Below are positions 48,439-52,783 of a DNA stretch of 52,783 bases, one piece after another; the first letter of the stretch is position 1; the number at the start of each line of letters is the position of its first letter. Made by a program: the position numbers and the translations under genes. The DNA lies in the NCBI GenBank assembly GCA_029856365.1, contig JAHQWW010000015.1:1-52783 (forward strand), read 5' to 3'. This DNA is from Candidatus Hodarchaeota archaeon. Its GTDB lineage: Archaea; Asgardarchaeota; Heimdallarchaeia; Hodarchaeales; Hodarchaeaceae. Below the pieces are notes generated by a model, which was given only the letters and a program-made list of their open reading frames with translations, made no database searches and was not told where the DNA came from.

Positions 48439-49461
48439 ATGTCAAAGAATGATGCTTTAAAGGGTACCAGTCTCACTGATGGATTGGTAATAACCATTTT
48501 TGAGGATTATGGGCCTGAGAACATCTATAATTCTTCCCCGTTATCTGAGGAAGAAGCATTCAATCTTGCTATTAAATCTTTAAGCGCTTTGAGCTCAGAT
48601 ATCCCCCGAGTTGGAGAAATACGTTCTTATGGACCAATACCAACACCTCGGGATCCTTTCTTAACAATTGGTTTTGTTTTTGCACTAAAAGCAGTGGAAT
48701 CTGCAGATGTTAGAATCGCTCAATTTGGGAGGATTGTAGTTTTTTGGGTCATAACTCGTTCAAATTCAGCAGTAAAATATATTGGTGTTCTTAAGCAATT
48801 GTTACGGAAAACTATTCGGTCATATAAGATACGTACAGATAAAGATCTACAAGAAAAGGGATTCTTAGAGAAAATTGATAAAAAATTGCAGATCATTGAG
48901 ACTGGGATTGAGTCGTTCTATCTATCAGATGGACAGACGTTCGAACCATTTTTAGAACTTGCACTCGTTCCTACAAACGTTCCAATCATGTTGGTCGATA
49001 AACCAAATAAACACATTAATGTTTTATTACGAGAAAAAGTTACACCTTCCCTGAAAGTAAATTTACTACATCAAGTCAAGAATTTTACAGTTCAATTGCC
49101 CAAAGGTTCTCTCTACAAAGTAGAAATTGTTTCCGATGAATTAATTGTTCGAAGTATGCTCTCTAAAATTGGGATGATTTTGCAAGCAGAAACCTGGATT
49201 CAATATCGTATTCGCCATGCAGATCAATTAACATACGATGAAGTTGATGAATACTTAGATTTTCACTTTACTCCAAAACGCCAAACATTAGCAAAACTGA
49301 TTCTCCATTCTCATAAGAAAAAATCTTCATTAAGCCTTAGGGAGGCTGCAGTCCAAACTGGAATCTGCGAAACATTGGTAGAAGATTTCATTGTAAGCTT
49401 AATAAGTGCTGGGCTTATTGAAAATGGTAAAATCGAGAATGGTGTTTTAAATTATAACTAA
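48439..49461 (+). CDS. Multidomain protein: longin/uDENN-like N-terminus and C-terminal PCI-like winged helix
   Basis: GLVITIFEDYGPE strand-turn; LSLREAA..TGI....VE.FI..LI.AGLI.NGKIE. Confidence 0.6.
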   Translation: MSKNDALKGTSLTDGLVITIFEDYGPENIYNSSPLSEEEAFNLAIKSLSALSSDIPRVGEIRSYGPIPTPRDPFLTIGFVFALKAVESADVRIAQFGRIVVFWVITRSNSAVKYIGVLKQLLRKTIRSYKIRTDKDLQEKGFLEKIDKKLQIIETGIESFYLSDGQTFEPFLELALVPTNVPIMLVDKPNKHINVLLREKVTPSLKVNLLHQVKNFTVQLPKGSLYKVEIVSDELIVRSMLSKIGMILQAETWIQYRIRHADQLTYDEVDEYLDFHFTPKRQTLAKLILHSHKKKSSLSLREAAVQTGICETLVEDFIVSLISAGLIENGKIENGVLNYN

Positions 49462-49471
49462 TAATAGTGTA

Positions 49472-50773
49472 TCATGATTCGTTGATGATTTGTTTAGCTA
49501 ATCTTTTGGCAAAGGCCATTAATGTTAACATTAACGGTGCTCCTAAGGAACGGGGTAATATACTAGAATCACAAACATAGAGGTTTGGGATTTTCGTTTG
49601 AAGATTAGAATTAACAACCTCACCAATGCTATTTGTTCCTCCAGGATGAGCACCACGAATAGAACTGGAAAAGATCTGATTAATTTTTGATCCCGCCTCT
49701 ATTAGTACTTCTCGAGCAATGGAATGACCTTTATCAAGTCGTTTCTGATCTCTTTCTGTTAGTTTTTTTGAAATTTCTATACTAAATCTAGTTGGTTTGA
49801 GGGTACCATGTTTTTCATCCTGTGTTTTTGACATTATTCCCATGATTCGCCGATAGTGACGGAATTTCAATACGTTCAAAGGATTCTTTTGATATAAGAA
49901 ACTGACAAGAAAGATTCCCCATGGATCGACGACAGAGCTGTGAAGGATCCCTTCCTCTTCATAAAATTTATATGTACCGACAGCCATAGGCATATCATGA
50001 ATTGTTCTGTGGGCTTTTTCAGAAGCAACACCATAAGTAAAAACCATAGGATCCATGAAAAATCCTTGCCCTGAGTTTTCAATCCCTGATTTCTGTAAGA
50101 TTATAGGTGAATGTATTCCTCCCCCAGAAACAATTATTCTATCAGCTTTTATGATATGGCCTCTTTTAGGCTTGACTCCAATTGCCTTTCCACCTTCAAC
50201 TATTACACGATCAACATTCTTCTTATGAATCTGAAGTCCTTGAGCTTTTCCTTCTTCAATTAAACTTCTTGCTGTGAATTTTGCGTTTCGTTTGCAGCCC
50301 ATCATACAAGCTGAGCAGTTTGGTACACATTTAGAAGGGTCAATAAATTTGGGAAGTCGAATCCATTCATGACCAATACGGTTTCCTGCTTCTAGAAGAT
50401 TAAGATTTCCTTTACCAATCAGTTCATCGGGAATGAGAGTTGTTCCAGTTTCTTTTTCTGCTTGATCTAGTTCCCGCTCAAGGTTTATACCCCACGGTTG
50501 GAAGAACTTACGGGGTGGTCGGAATGCTGTGCCAGCACTGATTACGGAAGAACCTCCAACCGTTATACCAGATGCCACAAATAAATGCTCTTTTGTGTAA
50601 CGAAAACCTTTTCGGTCGGCTATTCTGATAACTGCTATGTGATTACCAAGAAACCTATGATTACCACCCTTTTCAAGTAGTAAAACTTGCTGGCCTGCTT
50701 TTGTTAACTCACGAGCAAGAGTGGCTCCTGAAATACCAGCCCCTACGATGACAGTATCATAGATAATACTCAC
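49472..50773 (-). CDS. GMC family FAD oxidoreductase
   Basis: GAGISG, LLEKG, VGGSSVI, C..C..C..GC...AK, SP.ILQKSG, HPGGT, NLYVCDSS. Confidence 0.9.
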   Translation of the reverse strand: MSIIYDTVIVGAGISGATLARELTKAGQQVLLLEKGGNHRFLGNHIAVIRIADRKGFRYTKEHLFVASGITVGGSSVISAGTAFRPPRKFFQPWGINLERELDQAEKETGTTLIPDELIGKGNLNLLEAGNRIGHEWIRLPKFIDPSKCVPNCSACMMGCKRNAKFTARSLIEEGKAQGLQIHKKNVDRVIVEGGKAIGVKPKRGHIIKADRIIVSGGGIHSPIILQKSGIENSGQGFFMDPMVFTYGVASEKAHRTIHDMPMAVGTYKFYEEEGILHSSVVDPWGIFLVSFLYQKNPLNVLKFRHYRRIMGIMSKTQDEKHGTLKPTRFSIEISKKLTERDQKRLDKGHSIAREVLIEAGSKINQIFSSSIRGAHPGGTNSIGEVVNSNLQTKIPNLYVCDSSILPRSLGAPLMLTLMAFAKRLAKQIINES

Positions 50774-50845
50774 TATTCATAATTCCTAACTTCTATCCAA
50801 ACCTTTTTTTCGAAAATCTCTTTTAAACAGGATCCTCGTTCAGGA

Positions 50846-51580
50846 CTATTTTTGTTCATCAAATAAATTAGGTGAAAAATTAGTCTTAAAGCCTATTCGT
50901 TGTAAATATGAAAGAAAATTCATTGCTTCTTCATTTGCTGTGGTTTTAAAACTAATCACAACAGGAGGTACAACTTCTGCCACCGTACTTTTTACCAACC
51001 TTGCTGGGGTTGATTTTGTTTCAGATAAACGTTCTTCGACAATTCTATTTCGTATAATGGTTGTTACGTCATCAAATCTTATATAGGTAAAACCTAAGAT
51101 GTCACTTCCAGTAGGTTCCCTGCTTTTTGATTTTTCTTTTGTTAGTAATTCAACAATTGTCTCTTGTAATTTACTACCCGTTTTAAGTGCCAATTTTGCC
51201 ACACTGTCAATACTTTGAACAAGACCATCAATTATACCTTTTTTTTCTCCCTTCGTATCTAAAGTAATTGTGCTATATGTGACAGTATAGTATCTAGGTT
51301 CGAATACAACATTAAAACGAGGAGGATAACCTATTTGATCCTTAATCAAACGATAAGCAAATGATCCTCCTGGGATCAAGGAAAGAAGACCATGGAAGGC
51401 AGATTCAATAGCGAGGATTTTTGCGATTTCTGCAATCCCTTGGATATTCTGTTTATTGATCCAAAAACAACGTGGCGCTCTGCTTTTTATCTGTCCAGCA
51501 ATGAGATAACCTTGATAGGCCTCTAATACCACAGGCTTATTAAATTCTAGATAGATGCTTGCAAATTGCTCGATCCTCAT
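50846..51580 (-). CDS. Hypothetical protein
   Basis: 244-aa ORF with GAGGAG SD upstream. Confidence 0.7.
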   Translation of the reverse strand: MRIEQFASIYLEFNKPVVLEAYQGYLIAGQIKSRAPRCFWINKQNIQGIAEIAKILAIESAFHGLLSLIPGGSFAYRLIKDQIGYPPRFNVVFEPRYYTVTYSTITLDTKGEKKGIIDGLVQSIDSVAKLALKTGSKLQETIVELLTKEKSKSREPTGSDILGFTYIRFDDVTTIIRNRIVEERLSETKSTPARLVKSTVAEVVPPVVISFKTTANEEAMNFLSYLQRIGFKTNFSPNLFDEQK

Positions 51581-51666
51581 TCTATCTCCTCAGAGTCATT
51601 CTTTCGATATTATCAATCCAAAAAACGGTATTCAGCTTGTCCTTTTTAGAAGATTTCCTTTTAAAG

Positions 51667-51688
51667 AGGTGGTGTTACAATACCACCT
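51667..51688. promoter_or_regulatory. Inverted repeat between divergent genes
   Basis: AGGTGGT-gttacaat-ACCACCT. Confidence 0.35.
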
Positions 51689-52018
51689 AAAACTCAACAC
51701 ATTTTAGTAACTACGATGAAACTATCCAAGAAAATATCTTCCATTGAGTATCTAGATCCTTGAATTTGTGGAATCATATGAGAAAGCTTCCAAGAAATGT
51801 ATAGAAGAAGAGCTGAAAAAGCTTTTTTGGGTTAATACACATGAAACGAGAAATAAAATCAAGAAAATGAAGAAATAACAATAGAGAAGTATAGTCTCTT
51901 GAGTTTGTGTGTTTTCGTGTGAAAAGATATATAGATGGTATATATATATAACAGAGTATTTTGTAATCTTAATTATTACTCTTGGCACATTAAAGACTCT
52001 AATCCCACTAGAAAGGAA

Positions 52019-52783
52019 ATGGAGTCACCAAAAAACATGACAGAACCTATCAAAATCATTCTTTTCAAAGGCCCACATTGTGCTGCCTGTAAACCAGTTG
52101 CACGACACTTGAAGCGAATAGTGGATACTTCTCAAGGAGGGGCAAAGTTAACCACCATTGATACAAATGAAAACCGTGATATTGCGAGTAAATATGGTGT
52201 CCGTAATGTGCCTCACGTACTTTACGATGACGAAGTTATTCTCTCCGCAACACAAGCTGCCTCAATGTTCTCCAGCTTTTCAACAGAAACTACTGATGCT
52301 CTAAATATGTTTTCACCAGATCAGTATGATTTATTCAACTATCTATTTAACAAGTTAATCGAAGCAGGGGTAAAAGCAAGTGAGATTGATCGTGATCGCT
52401 GGCGGAAATTATCAATCATCAGTGTCTCAGAAAGATTATTAAATGGAGAAGAACTTGAGACTGTAACTCGTCCTTCAGTTGGAGATTATGTTCACATTGG
52501 GCATCTCCAGTTGATTGTGACTTCTCTTTTGGCAATTAATCCTAGTGCTAAAGCCTATCTATTTCGTTCTGGAGAATTAGCTGGAAAATTTGGTTCTGCA
52601 CAATCATGGATCCATAGATTTAATCCTAAAATCATGGAAACACATCGTATGAAATCTCGTTTCAGAGAACTGTTGAAAGGATTTAAAATACTTTACGGGC
52701 CAAATCCAAGTGCGGCTAATATTGCTTCAGAACCTCATATTACTCAAATTGCTCCTTATCATGCCCGGTTACAAATCAAAGAT
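52019..52783 (+). CDS. Thioredoxin-domain protein fused to a probable V4R domain (runs off the window end; absent from the ORF track)
   Basis: Open frame from ATG 52019/52037: KIILFKGPHCAACKPV...YGVRNVP, then RPSVGDYVHIG...LFRSGELAG. Confidence 0.75.
   Translation, partial: MESPKNMTEPIKIILFKGPHCAACKPVARHLKRIVDTSQGGAKLTTIDTNENRDIASKYGVRNVPHVLYDDEVILSATQAASMFSSFSTETTDALNMFSPDQYDLFNYLFNKLIEAGVKASEIDRDRWRKLSIISVSERLLNGEELETVTRPSVGDYVHIGHLQLIVTSLLAINPSAKAYLFRSGELAGKFGSAQSWIHRFNPKIMETHRMKSRFRELLKGFKILYGPNPSAANIASEPHITQIAPYHARLQIKD

Noticed and set aside
15101-50773. Sterol pathway suggested by DUF1295, SCP2 and GMC oxidoreductase genes
   Set aside because: The genes are scattered over 35 kb and each family has broad substrate ranges; there is no cyclase or other sterol-specific gene.
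51752-51988. 78-aa low-complexity minus-strand ORF
   Set aside because: AT-rich intergenic/promoter region of the divergent gene, with no coding signal.

Overview
AT-rich archaeal chromosomal segment, most likely from an Asgard archaeon of the Heimdallarchaeia/Hodarchaeales type. This is inferred from the archaeal RadA/XPD/TrmB/Lrp genes, GGTGA-type Shine-Dalgarno sites, an Hsp90, a longin/uDENN-like protein, a thioredoxin-V4R fusion and many C-terminally anchored Ig-repeat surface proteins. I saw no rRNA, tRNA, CRISPR array or transposase. Gene content covers DNA repair (Tag, XPD-type helicase, a divergent RadA, a Hef/XPF-like protein, a GIY-YIG nuclease), regulators with visible operator sites, an ABC exporter, a GH3 hexosaminidase, a non-pyrrolysine MttB methyltransferase, surface and glycosylation proteins, sulfotransferases and several pseudogenes. 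Highlights: (1) a recombination/repair locus made of a Hef/FANCM/XPF-like protein whose helicase and nuclease motifs both appear dead, an Fe-S XPD/FANCJ-type helicase and a RadA with RAD51-paralog-like substitutions; (2) a tandem pair of 49-aa micro-proteins, one absent from the ORF track, sharing an invariant YLNYNGPL core encoded by entirely different synonymous codons; (3) a surface protein with six repeats, each with an invariant Gln and one invariant Cys; (4) an SCP2-arylsulfotransferase fusion next to a PAPS sulfotransferase; (5) eukaryote-signature-like fusions (longin-PCI, thioredoxin-V4R). All family calls come from motif recognition by eye; no searches were run.
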